64,000 bases of DNA from Lytechinus pictus (lineage: Eukaryota). The translations under genes and the position numbers were made by a program. Shown one piece after another: positions 23,790 through 38,454 of this stretch (the first letter of the stretch is position 1; every line of letters starts with the position of its first letter). Where the stretch lies: contig NW_026974140.1 in assembly GCF_037042905.1 (NCBI RefSeq), positions 870,001 through 934,000 on the forward strand, given 5' to 3'. A model generated the notes under the pieces. It was not told the DNA's origin. It was given only the letters and a program-made list of their open reading frames with translations, and searched no databases.

Positions 23790-24541
23790 TACATGTGTAG
23801 TAGACAGAGCAGTTTATTTCGTACATTATTTTTTAGAGTAGATTGAAATTCTTTACATAATGATACGAAGATTGAATTGACTGTTTACGTTTTCTTAACA
23901 ATGCATCAAAAACTCTGAATAAGAATAGATATATAATGGATAAAAAAAAGTTTAATGAAAGGTATTAAGCTCTACAGCTAGAGCATGAATATCACAAGTA
24001 ATACGTCAAATATATTTCTGAAAGAAATTAAATAATGATTCTATCATAAAATAGTAATATTAAACAAATGATAATAGCTTGCAATGTATATAGTGCTTAC
24101 TACAAAAATGTAACTTAGTGCCTATGGAAATAGGTGGAAAGAAAAAAGATATTCAGCAAAAATGATATTATATAATTTAAATTTGATAAATTATGGAGCT
24201 GCATACGCTAAGAAAAATGACCGTTTAATGAACAAAGAGGTTTTGAAATTAAAATCATGAGGCTTCAAACATTGATTGTTGATTAAAAAAAAATGGGTAT
24301 ACAATAGACACGAATCATAAGAATTACCAAGTCCATCTCATGCCAAACTTAGTTAAGCATGAGAAAAATGTTGCTTATACCTCTCACGTCCCTGCTTATA
24401 CATTAGCCCACCATGTGTGTCATTTATATCCTGGAATTCCCAGAAGTCCCAAACGTTTTTTCAAACAAGAAAAATATTGTGAATTTTGGTTTTAAAAAGC
24501 AAGATGGTCATTTGATCACTAATAATAAACTGGAATGCATG

Positions 24542-26130
24542 AAAACATCCTATCAACTAAGCTACCATTTTTTATCACAAGTATCCACTTTTATGCATAA
24601 ATAATCCAATGGAATGCTTAATACCCGTAACACACCGTCCTTTTTTATTGACAACAGAATGCTGGCAGGAATTCATCAAAGAGGGGAGCAACGGATACCT
24701 GCAATGAGGATCAAAACAAAATATATATTAGAAAATGTGCTCTTCGGTATTCTTTCTGGAAATATATCTTCATTGATTAAACAATTACCTCATAATATCT
24801 CCATTACCGGAATAAGCAAAATGCACTTTTTTCAATTTTTCATTTCTCCTGCAATAGGAAAGTTAGCAGATTATCTCAGTATTTTTGTCTCCTTCAGTGA
24901 ACTCTTTAAAATTGTCTTATTGCACATATCAAGAGTATAAAATTACAAGAAAATTTGACTAACAGCAAGAATGAAAAGGGATGAAATACAGTATGTAGGA
25001 GACAATATATTTTTTTTCATTATCACATACCTCTAGTAGGTGTTGAATACAGAGAATATCAAATTGAAAACTGAGTGAATATACCAACCTATACATTTAC
25101 AGAGGACCTGTTCTTCCTGTTAAGTACAGGGCTTGTTCCCCACCAGGACTCCTGATGTAGACATGGCCCCAATCGATATCACCTAAGACTCTTGGAAACA
25201 TGCAGCAATCATCAAATTGTCGCTGGGTGGTTTCAATTTCTCGTTCATTAACTGTCTGTTACTTCTTGCTATTGCCTCAGAAAAATCGTTGATGATTCTG
25301 CACACGGATGACTGTGATATAGTTGCTTCTTCTGCATGCATATTCTAAAAGGTACCTTTAGTTATGATTGATAAGTGATGTTATGTAATTGATTTATTGA
25401 TATGAAAGCTAATTATTTCTGTAAAGCATGTGCATTTAGTCATGTAGATGTCACATCCACACTTTTCCTTTTCTCAAGTTATTAAATGAAACTTTTCCAA
25501 TTTTCATACGTGAGTGTACAAGGGTTCCTTATTTGCTCTGGCGACAATTATTTAATGGAAAATCTGCATGCCAAGCAAAACATAAAACCTAATTTCATGA
25601 CTAGATACTTCCTAATCCTTGATCTTTACATTATTCTGAACTTGCGATAACTATCATAAATATATAATCTGCAGTCAACCCCATTTTTACATTCCTGGAG
25701 GAAAAAAAAGAACGATTATAATTTCATATCACTAACAACAAGAGAACAAGTGGGGATATGAATATTGCATATTCATGAGGATACACAGAACCGTTTCCCC
25801 CAAATAATGTAAAACTTTAAAATTGAATAAGTTCATAATTCTCCATCCAATTTTGATGGTTTTTGCTAGTCAGATATTTCTTTATCAATATCTTATTATT
25901 TTTGGCCTGGAGAATCGCTTTCATAGAACATAATTTGAACCCCCCCCCCCCACTACCTTCTGCTATATAGTTGGCACATGCAAAATCACCAATGGCATAA
26001 AAACAAAATCCTGTCAAAACCTGTAACTAACAGGCAATGTGTCGTTCCTCTCTGGTGGTACCCGACTCTGAAAGGTTCATCCTCGTAGCATTCAAATGAA
26101 ATCTTACTGTCTCTTATTCCATGCAGTGGT
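24542..26130 (-). pseudogene. Decayed Harbinger transposase fragments (duplicate copy)
   Basis: Duplicate of 830-2420. ORF 25817..26017 shows TGFCFYAIGDF. Confidence 0.75.
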
Positions 26131-29100
26131 GTTGCTGAATCTGCATGGAAGTTGAAAGATTGTGTTGAAGAGTTACCATGAATGGGTAGTTTATTCTTTG
26201 AATTACATTTAATTCAAAAGTGTTTAAAATGAGGAACAGAATGACAAAGATTCTACAGAAATCCTTAAAAAAGATAGGGAGATAAAAAATTCTAATTGTC
26301 ATGTACGAGTAGCTTTTCTATTGGCCTACTTGTAAAAGTTAAAAAAAAACTGCTAATTGTTGCTGATCATTATTCATCATTGATCAAATCATACACGTCT
26401 TATAGATGCTTCTATGAAAATTAATTAACTGAATCACTTTCAATTGGCTTTAATAAGGAAGGCACTTTAAGGAACTTTGTTTACACAAAAAGAGATTATT
26501 GCTTGTGACTTTCGAATAAAACATTTTCATGAATCTTCATCAAAGTCTCATTAAACATTGCTGCTCTCCTTCAGACAAAATTAGATGCTAAGATCCAGTA
26601 GTACTTGTGTTGGCAGGGGTATTGTAGACAACAAAAATTCAATGAAAAACACACGAAAATCACTGCCTGGTAATTACTAGTATCGACCATTCAATCATGT
26701 CCACATATAGTGGAGCGGTTATGTGACAAAAAATGGCCAAGATGAAAAATCATTAAATGTCAATTTCTTGAGTTTTACATGGCTTGTGACACTGAAATTT
26801 GGCATATAGGGGAATTTTGAGGCACTGATTTCAAATATTGCCGGCTCCCAGCAATTTGACCATTTAGTCGGCGGCAAAATGGCCGCCATCTTGAAATCCA
26901 AGATGGCAGCCATGAAAAATCATTAATTGTCATTTTCTTGAGTTTTACATTATATGTGACACTGAAATTTGGCATATTGGCTTAATTCGCGGTGCTGATT
27001 TCCAATATTGCCGGCCTCAAGCGATCTGACCATCGGTTCAGCCGCCATTCGAAATCCAAGATGGCCTCCATGAAAAATCATTGAACTAATTTTCTTGAAT
27101 TTTACATAGTATGTGCCACTGAAATTTGTAGTATATCGGTATTTGGGTGAGTTCATTAAAAAAATTGCTGGCTCCAAGCAATCTGACAATTGGTCGGCGG
27201 AAAAATGGCCATCATCTTGAATTCGAAGCTGGCTGCCATAGAAATATTGCAATTATTTCGTTGAGTTTTATAAGATCTGCGGTATTGCACTTTGACATAT
27301 AGAAGTAGTGTGGGGAGCTTATTTCAAATATTGCTGGCCCCTCAGCTATCTGATCCCCTGAGTCAGGGTTATACGGGCCAAAGATATTCATTCGAGCCAA
27401 CCCATTTAATTCTCAATTTTTAATTTTGATATTGCTGATTGCCAAAAATTAATGAATATGATTGATAATCTTCCTTTTTTCAAATTGGAAAGATATATCA
27501 CCACTTTGGAATTATTTTTATACTGGCGGGAGAAGTATTGCCATTGTACTGTCTCAAGTGATGAATTTGATCCTGTCAGGTGTAGTCTTTATAAATGCCG
27601 ATTTATTTTTAAAATGAGCTGGTCAAGGTACCCTTTTCTGGTCAGATATAGAATGTCAGACATATATCATATCCACTAGACAGGTAGTAAACATTCAATT
27701 CTCGAATTTCATCCTTATTTTTTTTAGAGCGCCTCTTTAACACACGAGTCTATGGGAAATGTTTTAGGCCCGTGATACCTCAGCTGCAAAATGGCAGCCA
27801 TCTTTAAATCCAAGATGGCTGCCGTAACAAAAATCATTACAAAAAGTCAAGTATCCTAATTATAACGTAGGTATTATTTTGAAATTTGGCATCTTCGGGT
27901 ATTGAAATTTCCCCCCAGTAATCTGTCCAATAGATATGCTGCAAAATGGCCACCATCTTGAAATCTAGAGAGGCTCGACTGTCATGAAAATTCATTAAAA
28001 TAATTTTCTTGAGTTTTAAATGATTTGAGGCACTGCATTTTAGACACACAGGCAGGTTTTGGCCTGCTGGTTTTAGAATATTGCTGCCCTAGTAATTGAT
28101 CCACCGGGTCAGCTGAAAATGACCGCCACTTTGAAATCTAAGATGGCTACTACGAAATATCTTTCAAAAATGTTTTCCTGAATTCTACATTACCTGTGAC
28201 ACTGTAAATTGGTATTATGAAGCAAAAACTTGTATTGTATGTTAATTTTAAACATGGATAGATAATGAACATATGACACATAACACACTTTATATGCCAT
28301 TTTAAATTCCCATTTGAGCAATCATGACACAAAGGACATGATTACCTAGCTTAGTTCTAAATATTGATTATTGTGGGGGAAAATAAGTACAATATGATAG
28401 CATGAATCAAAATTCATGTATAGTATAACTGATGGTAATCCATTTATTATTGCTATCAATCATTTATATGCTAGACAGATCTCCAGGAATTACTTTGGAA
28501 CGATTTAATTGATAACCATCGTGTGTTCGACTATCTGACAATGTGAGCATGTTCGCCTCACAATCGGGAGATCAAGCTCCGACAGCATCAGACCAAAAGA
28601 TGTTAAAAGAGAGGAGTTGCTTCTACCCTGTTTGGCGGTCAACGAATTAAAGGGGAAGTTCACCCTGACAAAAAGTTAATTGAAACAATAACATAATAAA
28701 TAATGAAAAAAGTATTGAAGGTTTGAGGAAATTCCATCAAATATTTAAAAAGCTATTGGAATTTCATTTGGTGTATTTGTGACGTCAGATGCAAGCAGTT
28801 CCCCCATGTTTCCTATAGTACAAAAATCAATGAAATGTAGCCTCCTAAAAAATGAAAATGTTTTTTTATTAAACCCTCAGTATATCAACACACAAATCAT
28901 TTCACACCCGCTCCAGAAAGAAAAAAAATACCCATGATGAACCATTTATGCATTTTATATCACACAACATAATGGGGCAGCTGCTCGTACAGTATATGAC
29001 GTCACAAATAAAAAACTTAAAATTCTAATATCTTTGATGGATTTACCAATATATTTTTTATATCATATTTTCTTGTGTTTTTACAACAAACTTTTCTCCG

Positions 29101-29998
29101 GGGTAAACTTCCCTTTTTAAGGGATAGAGCAACGTCTGATGTGGCGCTGCTAAGTTGTTGCTGGGCTCTCGATCTACAGGGTATGGGCAAAATAAATTTT
29201 CGGAGCATTTCTGTTACTGAATTCTATTTTGAACAATAAAATATGTATTATTATCATCATCATCATCATCATGCCACTATATAACCATCAGTACTCCAAG
29301 TCTGGAGCAGTTTTCTTCATGTCGATTTGTAATAAAATATCGCAATTATTGGAGCATTATTCTGAAACCTGCCTGTTTGTCTAAAATTAAGTGCCTCAAA
29401 TTATTTAAAACTCAAGAAAATGACATTTAATGATTTTTCATGGTGGCCATCTTGGATTTCAAAATGGCGGCCATTTAGCCGCCGACCAAGTGGTCAAATG
29501 GCTGGGGCTGGCAATATTTGAAATCAGTGCCTCAAAATGCCCTTATATGCCAAATTTCAGTGTCACATGTCATGTAAAATTCAAGAAATTGACATTTAAT
29601 GATTTTTCATGGTGGCCATCTTGGATTTCAAAATGGCGGCCGACCCGAAGGCCAAATCACTTGGGGCCGGCAATATTTGAAATCAGCACCACAAATTAAG
29701 CCTATATGCCAAATTTCAATACCGCAGATCATATAAAACTCGAGAAAATGATTGCAATAATATATCATGGCGGCCATCTTGGATTTCAAGATGGCGGCCA
29801 TTTTGCCGCCGACCAAATGGTCGAATTGCTGGGGGCCGACAATATTTGAAATCAGTGCCTCAAAATGCCCTTATATGCCAAATTTCAGTATCACATGTCA
29901 TGTAAAACTCAAGAAATTGACATTTAATGATTTTTCATGGTGGCCATCTTGGATTTCAAAATGGCGGCCGACCCAACGGTCAGATCGCTTGGGGCCGG

Positions 29999-32870
29999 TG
30001 TACCGGCGGATCCTGCGCCTGGCAGATACTGTTCTAGGCACCAAATCCGCCGGCGGATATGGTTCTCCTCCGGCGGATTCAGTACCAAAAAAGGCCACTC
30101 CCTTCGGAAGATATCGTTCTTGCGCTATCGCGATATCCTTCATTCATCACGTTCACACGTCATGCATGCACGCGCAACAGAAGTACAGGCGATATTGAGG
30201 GATCCAAATCTCTCCTTTTTTTTTAAGGAAATGTATTTTTCATGATCATTTATGGTGTGGTGGGTGTGAGGCATCTGTGACAGCTAGAGCAAAGTTTGCG
30301 TGAGTTAAGTTTAGGGAATGTGGAGAGCTGCTATGTGGGAAAAGAATTCCTTTGAATATGAAAGGAATGGTGTATAAGAGTTGTGTAAGATCGGTGATGT
30401 TATATGGGAATGAGACATGTGTTTGAACAAAAATAAGATTGGGATCTTAAGGAGGGCAAGGAGAGAGCAAAGGTGAGAGTGATGTGGGATGAAGTTGATG
30501 GACAGGAAGAAGACTGAGGACTTGATGAAGATGTTAGGGTTGGAAGAAGCGAAGGACCAGTTGGCAAAGGCGAACGTCGTGCGTTGGTATGGGGACGTGC
30601 TGAGGAGGGATGATGGGCATGTGTAGAGAAGGGCTCTTGAGTCAGCGGCGTAGCAGGGGGGGGGGGCAAGAGCCAAAATTTTTGTGTAATGAGGCGACTA
30701 TTTTGAAAAGGCCAGATATTGCAGCGTATCGGGCATAATTTATCTTTAAAAAAAAGTGAGCGAAGCGAAGAGAATAATATTTTCACTCTTCTCTCTTTAG
30801 ATTCCTTTTTTTTTTGGTGGTCTGAAGGCCACTGTGAACAGGATTCTGCGGCAGTAGCGTGAAGTGTAAAAAAAAAACGAGGGGCGCAGTATAGCACATG
30901 AGCTAAAAAGCTGCTTTATATAAGTCCCGAACGAAGCCAGCGAGAAAAAAATCACCTTTTCATGATAATACTACTAATAATACTTCCCTTATATAGCGCA
31001 TAAAACTGAAAGTTTCTCTACGCACTTTATAATAAATGAAACAAAATTCACATACTGCACACAAAGAAGAATCTAACTTTGAGCTATTTTTTGGCATTAT
31101 ATTCAGTAAATAAAATCATATTCTACACTTTTCCTTTGCTTTTCTTTCCTCCTTTCTTTTTGTTCTTGTTTGTAGAACTTTTTGGGACCATAGCCCAACC
31201 CTTCCATACGCAGTGCTGTGCGGTTGGGGTCCGGAATTTCTTGATATCAAAGCCATTTAAACCTCGCAGATTGCCGCTATTTTAATCAAATCGCGGGCAT
31301 GTACACGATATAGCTTTTACACAACACATTTATTCAACCCAGTTGCGTAATGAACCAAATATTTTGAGGGGCAAAACATAGTAATGTGGGAAAAATCTGT
31401 AAAAAGTCGCAAAGCGATCGAGCTGGAAAAAATGCCTTTTGAAATTAAATTCTAATTATGTAATTGATTTTTCCATTAGATTCAGCAAATAACAAATTTC
31501 ATTGTTTCCATTCATTTCATTATACCTCGTTTCCTTTAATTTATTTTATTTATCTTGGGTGTGGAACCAAGACCCCCCCCCCCCCCCCCCCGGCGCATGT
31601 GCAATAATTGAACGTGATTGTGAACGGGAAGCGTTATAGAGCAATTTGAGGTTCAGTATAAATGAAGAGCCCCTACTGTGTGGGGTCTGGGGCAAAGCCC
31701 CGGTAGCTTATTTACATAAAATTTAGCTAGCTTATAGCACAATGTTGTATGCACTCCATCTTTCTTCCCGCTCTTTAATTTCAATCATCGGAAGCCCGGT
31801 CGTGTTATTTTTTTTTTCTTGTCTCTTTTCTTTGTTTTCCAAAAATTAGCTTTTGACTAATTGCGTTTTACCTTCGTTTCGCGCTATTGTTTGCCATTTT
31901 GTCATTTTTTTATTTATTTCCCATCGTGCTATTGTATTACATATGCCTGTTTTGGAATGATTTGTTCTTTCTCAAATGTTCTTCTTTCGTTCATTTTCCC
32001 GATTTCCTTCCTTTTCCATTAAAAAGGGTTTTTTTCTTCGTTTTCTTTTCACTTTTTCCTTTCCTTTTCCCCTCATTCCCCTTTCCCTTTCTTCCTCCCT
32101 CCTTTTTTTTTCTTTACCGTTTTTCTTTTATTCCTGGTGAAATCCGCCAGGGGGCAACTCCCCCCCCCCGCCTGTTACGTCATGAATATCCATTAGGTGG
32201 ACTGATGATGTCACATCTCCACTTGTTCTTTTGTAATTTATTATATGAAATTAGGTTTATTCAAATTTTTTCCTCCAAGAACTAGAAAATTTGGATTGAC
32301 AACTGATTTAGTGCATTAGATATTTATTGCTGCAACTTATTTCATTATAAGGGAGACATATAATTCACACAAATATGAAATAAATGAAAAAAAATATGGT
32401 TTTGTGTGATAACATAAGAAAACGGAAAATGGGGATGTGACATCATCAAAATCTGATAATAATAAATAGCAAAGTTTTGGCGCATGTGCCAGGTCTATGT
32501 ATACATGATATATCGAGTCATTGTTTCTCCTATTCCCTCACCCCCATCGAGCCCTTCGTCAAAAGCTGTATGGATCCGCCCCTGAATAAAAATTCACTAA
32601 AAGTCTAAAGGCGGACGAAAATCCCCTCCCCCCATTGGTAACGACATTGCCAGAGCCGCGCATGCGCGCGCTACCGAGGTTGGACGTCTGTCCAAATAAA
32701 TATTACACGTATCGTCAATAGAACCAAATCCGCCGAGGAACCAAATCTGCAAACATCAAGCCGCGTCAAACCCGGCGGATATGGTTCCGATTAAAAACGA
32801 TATCGGCCATTAAGAACGATATCTGCCGGCGGATACGGTATCCGCCGGTGGAACCGAATCCGCCGCTACA
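29999..32870. mobile_element. Ginger-like element (duplicate copy)
   Basis: Duplicate of 6289-9164. Confidence 0.8.
30259..30641 (+). mobile_element. RTE LINE fragment (duplicate copy)
   Basis: Duplicate of 6549-6931. Confidence 0.85.
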
Positions 32871-34325
32871 CCGGCAATTTTTGAAATCAGCGCCCAAAAA
32901 TACCCCTGTATGCCAAATTTCACACTTTCTGCCAGATTCGAGCATCTTTTTCACATATCTACTGGACTAATAGACCACCTGCACGTTAATTGCATCTCGC
33001 ACTGCACTGCAATGTTCATCTGATATGAACACACACACAAATACAAGGCTGGGACTGACCAGCTTAGAGACGCGACGATAACAATGATTCAGATACCATA
33101 TCAAGTTTTGGAGTATACTTTTTTGGAAAGTTAAAGCTATCAATAATAGTTACAGATGGAACTGAAGGCTCCGTTATGATAGCTCCAATAAATTATATAA
33201 TTTACTTACAATCTCGCTCGAAGTCGTGAAATTGAAGCTTTAAATAAGCCGATCACACCGAATCTGGTCTCTGTCCAAAAAAAAAAATTATTGCGGCAAA
33301 CTTTTCGGCAATCGCAATGCTGCTCTCTTATTGGTTAAAATCGTGAACTAACTTTAACCCACCGATTTAGTCAACCCCATAAGAGCTGACTAAATCGTGA
33401 CGTCAAATGACGCGTTTTATACCCCGGTATAATTTAGTCCACCTTTGTGAATCGCAAAAGTTAGCCCCTAGGTGCTAACTTTAGTCCATGGATTAAAATG
33501 ACGTCAAATGACACGTTTTATACCCCGGTATAACTTTAGTCGACCTTTGTAAATTCGGGCCATTAGGATAGATTTGAATGCTTAGTGATAGTGCTCAGCA
33601 TATTAATTTGAAAAACTGAAATGTTTTCACTGCAGTCAATGTGATAAAAATCAAAATTTCTTGACATTCTCCATATAATGATACTTATTTGCATAATATG
33701 CAAATGAGGCAGATTTGCTAGCTTTTTTAAATAAAGACATTGAACTTATTTATTCATCATGAACTTTTGTTCAAAATTACTTGCTGTGGACATTTAATTT
33801 CTAGTCTTTGGATTAATTTCCTCATTTTCTATTTTTAAATGGCTAATTTGCATAATATGCAAATTAATTTTCAGGCATTGGGATGAATTATGAATTTATG
33901 ATATAGTAGCATATCAATGTCAACATTAATGAAATGTTTTCAAGCAGTCTATATGAGAAAAATCACAATATCTTAAATTTTTTTCCATATAAGGATGCTT
34001 ATTTGCATAATATGCAAATGAGGTAGATTTTTTTTCACTTTTGATTGAAAACATTGAATTCAGTTATTCATCATGAATTTCCTTTCAAATTAAATTGTTT
34101 TTTACATTTAATTTGTAATCTTTGAATAATTTCCCTTCTTTTTCTAATTTTTCATGACTAATTTGCATAATATGCAAATGTCATATATTCCACTGCTGGG
34201 ATTTCTTGGGACTTTTAGTAAGTTGTTTAGGGGACCTTCCTAGAAAGCATTTCAGTGGAATATCTCGTGATGCAATTAGTGGTGGGTTACCCCCCTATTC
34301 TGGCTAGATTGACTGGACTATTAAA

Positions 34326-34696
34326 ATGTATTCTGCCCTTTCTCGTGGAGCACTACGAGCTGGTTTAGCAGAGGAATTACCTGATGAACTATAACCTAGC
34401 TTCTTAGTAGGATCTGACCATGATGTCGTTGGTTCCCCCTCTTTGAAGTGTTGCGAACATATTCTTTCTTGGTAATTCGGCTTCCTATTATGGCCACCTT
34501 TAGTTTTTTTATTTACCAGCTTGGTCCACCTGCGTCGACCATCAGGATCTTTATTTCTGATGGAAAAGGAAATAGCTCAAAAGGCTTCTTGCAGATACAG
34601 CTTCCAAACTTGCGTCTATGTTTATCACAAAGCTTGATATACCAACGTTCTATCTTGTTGATGCTATTTGCACATCCAATAACACAAAAACAAAAA
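34326..34696 (-). pseudogene. THAP domain relic (duplicate copy)
   Basis: Duplicate of 10620-10990. Confidence 0.8.
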
Positions 34697-34874
34697 CACA
34701 AAACACAATAGCTAAATACATGTTTAAAATATTACTGAAAAAAAGACTCGATTCAGCATTTATATATTTTTTTTGTAAGCAAGCCCTACGGTATGAGACA
34801 ATATTAAAACAGTTTCATGCCAATTTTCTTTTTGTTCCCACTACCGTCTGATCCTCTCCTTTATACATTGTATC

Positions 34875-36770
34875 CATGGGCGGAAATCCCAGGGGGACAG
34901 GGGGGCCGTGTCCCCCCTACCATTTTGGAAGGGGGACATAATATCAAATGTCCCCCCTACTATTTGTGGTATTTTATTATGGAAAAAATACATAATTCAA
35001 AATCGAAATTATACACATGTATCCTCGAATTTCGAAATATATATAAACAGATAGTTTTGTTAAGAACTTGGATAGGAAAAGAAATGGCATACTGGCCCGA
35101 CTATTCTCGAACTCGCATATAGCCCTATATGCCAGCCAAAGAGTGATGACATCGATGGCCATTGTCAATTTCATAACTAATAAAAATGATGAAAAAAAAA
35201 TCGCCTCTGGATACTTAGTGCATAGATGGTAGACGAGAATGTTCCATACCCAGTAAAAACATACCTTTGTTAAACCAATTCATTTTCCCTTTATTACAAA
35301 TTTACTTGACTTGGAATATAAAAATATTTTCATTGTTCGCGTATTCAGTACAAAGAATAGTTTTCATGAGTTATGATTAATCCTTCACAGTGAATTTTAA
35401 CTATGTTTAATCCCCCAAAATTTGTTTTTAAATACTCTATTGACGAGACTTTTATATTCCATTTTTACACAAAATTCATACCGCGGGAGGCCGGGGTCAT
35501 CATAGGTAGATCAAGGGGGCGAAGCGGCGGCCCGCCCCCTATTGGCGGCGCAAAATAGGAAGGTGAGGAGAAAAATAAGAAAAAAGATAGGACGAGGAAG
35601 TAAATTAAATGATGGGAGGGGGATAATTAGAAAAAAGAAAATTTTCAGGTCATTCATAGTATAGAAAAAAAAAATCGCTCGCGCTTTGCATTAATACACA
35701 GCCATCTCAGTCTTTATTTCAAAACGTGCTTAAATTTTTTTCACTTTTTAGATCGAAATATATAAAATCAAATCATTTATTTAGGAATATATCCATCTTT
35801 TTCATAATTTGTAGGTTTAAATCTTGAAAAAAATCATATCGCGCTTTGCGCTCGCATCAGTAATATGGTTTAGTCAGATACTATCCTGTTTATTGCTATA
35901 AGGTGAAAAGAAGATGACTTTTTTGGTCGGAAAAAAAATCAGGATACACCTTGCGCTCACATTAATTAAAATTTAGTTAGATAGCTACCCTGTCCTTGAT
36001 TTTAAAATATGCTAATAATACCAATTTTTAGGCCGGAAATAACATATCTTCAGCACACACTTCACGCTCGAATCTAATATTGTTTAGTCAAATTCCTATC
36101 CTGTTCATGATTTGAAAAAGTGTTACGATTGTCCAGTTTTTAGGTTGGAAAATAAAAAACTTTCAGCTCGCGCTTCGCGCTCGCATTGATTGTTTAGATT
36201 CCTATTCCGTTCATTATTACGTGCTAAGAATGTCCAGTTTTTAGGTAGGAAAACAACAAAATATCATCTCGCGCTTCACGCTTGCATTAACTGTTGATTC
36301 ATATCCTGTTCATGATTTTTATAAAGCTGTTAAGAATGTCCAGTTTTTAGGTTGGAAAATCAAAAAAACTTTCAGCTTGCGCTCTCATCTATTATTTAGT
36401 TGAATTCCTATTCTGTTCATGATTTGAAAAAGTGTTACGAATGTCTAGTTTTTAGGTTGGAAAATCAAAAACTTTCAGCTCGCGCTCGCATTAATGGTTT
36501 AGGTAGGTTCGAATCTAGTTCATGATCACAAAAAAATGTTCAGAATGTTCAATTTCCAGGTCACAATTTATGAAATATCAACATATTTGGGCTCGCGCTT
36601 CGCGCTCGCATTATTCATTGAGAAATGCGCGCTGTTCATTGGTTGAAAATCAAGTTGCGCACGATTTTTAGAGTTGCGTTTGATTGCAACTCTTTCTGCA
36701 ACGGGTCAGAGCATAAAAACGAAAAATCAATTGTGTCCCCCCTACCTTCATGGAGAGATTTCCGCCCATG
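34875..36770. mobile_element. hAT-type element (duplicate copy)
   Basis: Duplicate of 11169-13064 with the same TIR and TSD. Confidence 0.9.
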
Positions 36771-38454
36771 ATTGTATCATGTTTATGAATTTAGAATTCT
36801 AAGCTTCATGTTGCACACTCACACTGATGAACCTCCCTGTCTGTAGAAAATCATGCAGCACACAACACATACTACAGAAATATTCTTGAAATATTAGTAT
36901 TCATTGTAACCAAAAAATTGTCATTCATGAATGATGTGTTTTTCATTAAAATCTAAGCTCTTATGTTGTTTCTTTTTAATCACCAGAGCACTCAAATATC
37001 TAATTTAGCTGCACATTTTGGTTAGGTCTTAGCCCTCTAGGTTTTATTGGGCTGGTTTTTTCCTAGTCCAAATTATAGAGAGAATTGCAAGAATGTGCTT
37101 AGTTTGTTTGGACTCAAACTTGTTTTCAGATTGTACGAGGTCAAAACTGAAACGGTATTTACCTCCACACACACACACCACAAAAAAGAATCGTCATTTG
37201 CAACAGCCACATACATCACACCAATATGAATATATGGGGCACTGCATCTAGTTTCGCCCAGGTTTTTCCAAGATTTGTACAAACACTTCAAATATCTACG
37301 TAAATAAGAAGAAAAAAAATATGAAAACTTCTCGAATTGAAAATGCTTAAAACAGCACTTCACCAGTAAGTAGTTTAAATCCGATTCCGAGTATAAAATA
37401 AAGTTAATAAACTATAAAGAACCACTTCCGATGTTTTTGTTGGATACTGTGGTGATCTGCTCAGCTTAGCTCAGCTAAGCTGCCTCGGATTCGATTTTAT
37501 GTACAATGACCTTTGGAAATTTCTAATAATATTTCTAATAATATTTCTGTTTTGTTTTTTTTACGAAGTAAGAATGCCCTTCTGTAAAATTGTACTTGAT
37601 TTGTATTACTTTATATTACTTTGTATTATGTTTTTTTAATGGAAATGAAATAAAAGAATTGAACAAAAAAAAAGAATTGAAAAGTTCGTGCCCGAATCAT
37701 GCGCATGCGCAGTTCGTAACTACGAACTGGCTTATTAGACAATGTGAACATTGTACGATCTGATGTTTGACCAACTGATGGTAGACGAGTTGGCAATTAG
37801 ACGAATAGGCATTGGACCAAATGAAAATAAGCCGTCCCAATATGAACAAGTCTGTCAGCTCATTAATGAAATTTGTGTATTCATTTTTAATAAATTTGCC
37901 AACAATGATGATAACACATAGGTCACCAGCATTCCTCATTGTTAATTATTTTGTTTGCAAAAGGGGTTAGGTCCACAAAGTTATTTTTTCTAAAGTAATA
38001 TTTAAAAAAATATGAAGACAGGTATAATTTTTATACCCAATTTTATGTTCACATGTAAGGGTAGTATACCATGATAATCTAGTTTCGCATAAGAATTTTG
38101 CAATATGGGAGAATTAAAAAAGTTTTTTTTTTCTCAAAATGGTCTAAAGTGGTCCTAACCCCTTTTGCAACTAAACTCTTCATATGTACCTAGTTCATGA
38201 ACTTGGATAGAAGAGTAATCAAGTATCCCTGAACATCCTGTGCGAGTTTTAGGTCACATGACTAAGGTCAAAGGTCATTTAGGGCCAAAGAACTTTGGGC
38301 ATGATCGGGGCACTTGTTGAATTTCCATCGTAACAAAGGAATTTTCAATTTCTAATAATATTACTGATTAAATTGTAAAGTTCAAACACTGTCTAAAACC
38401 ATTATTGGCAAGGCAAAATAAGATTGAAAATATTGCAGGTCAATAGACTAATGT

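Larger units (their letters stand above)
26708..32969. mobile_element. Academ-like foldback element (duplicate copy)
   Basis: Duplicate of 2998-9263. Confidence 0.7.
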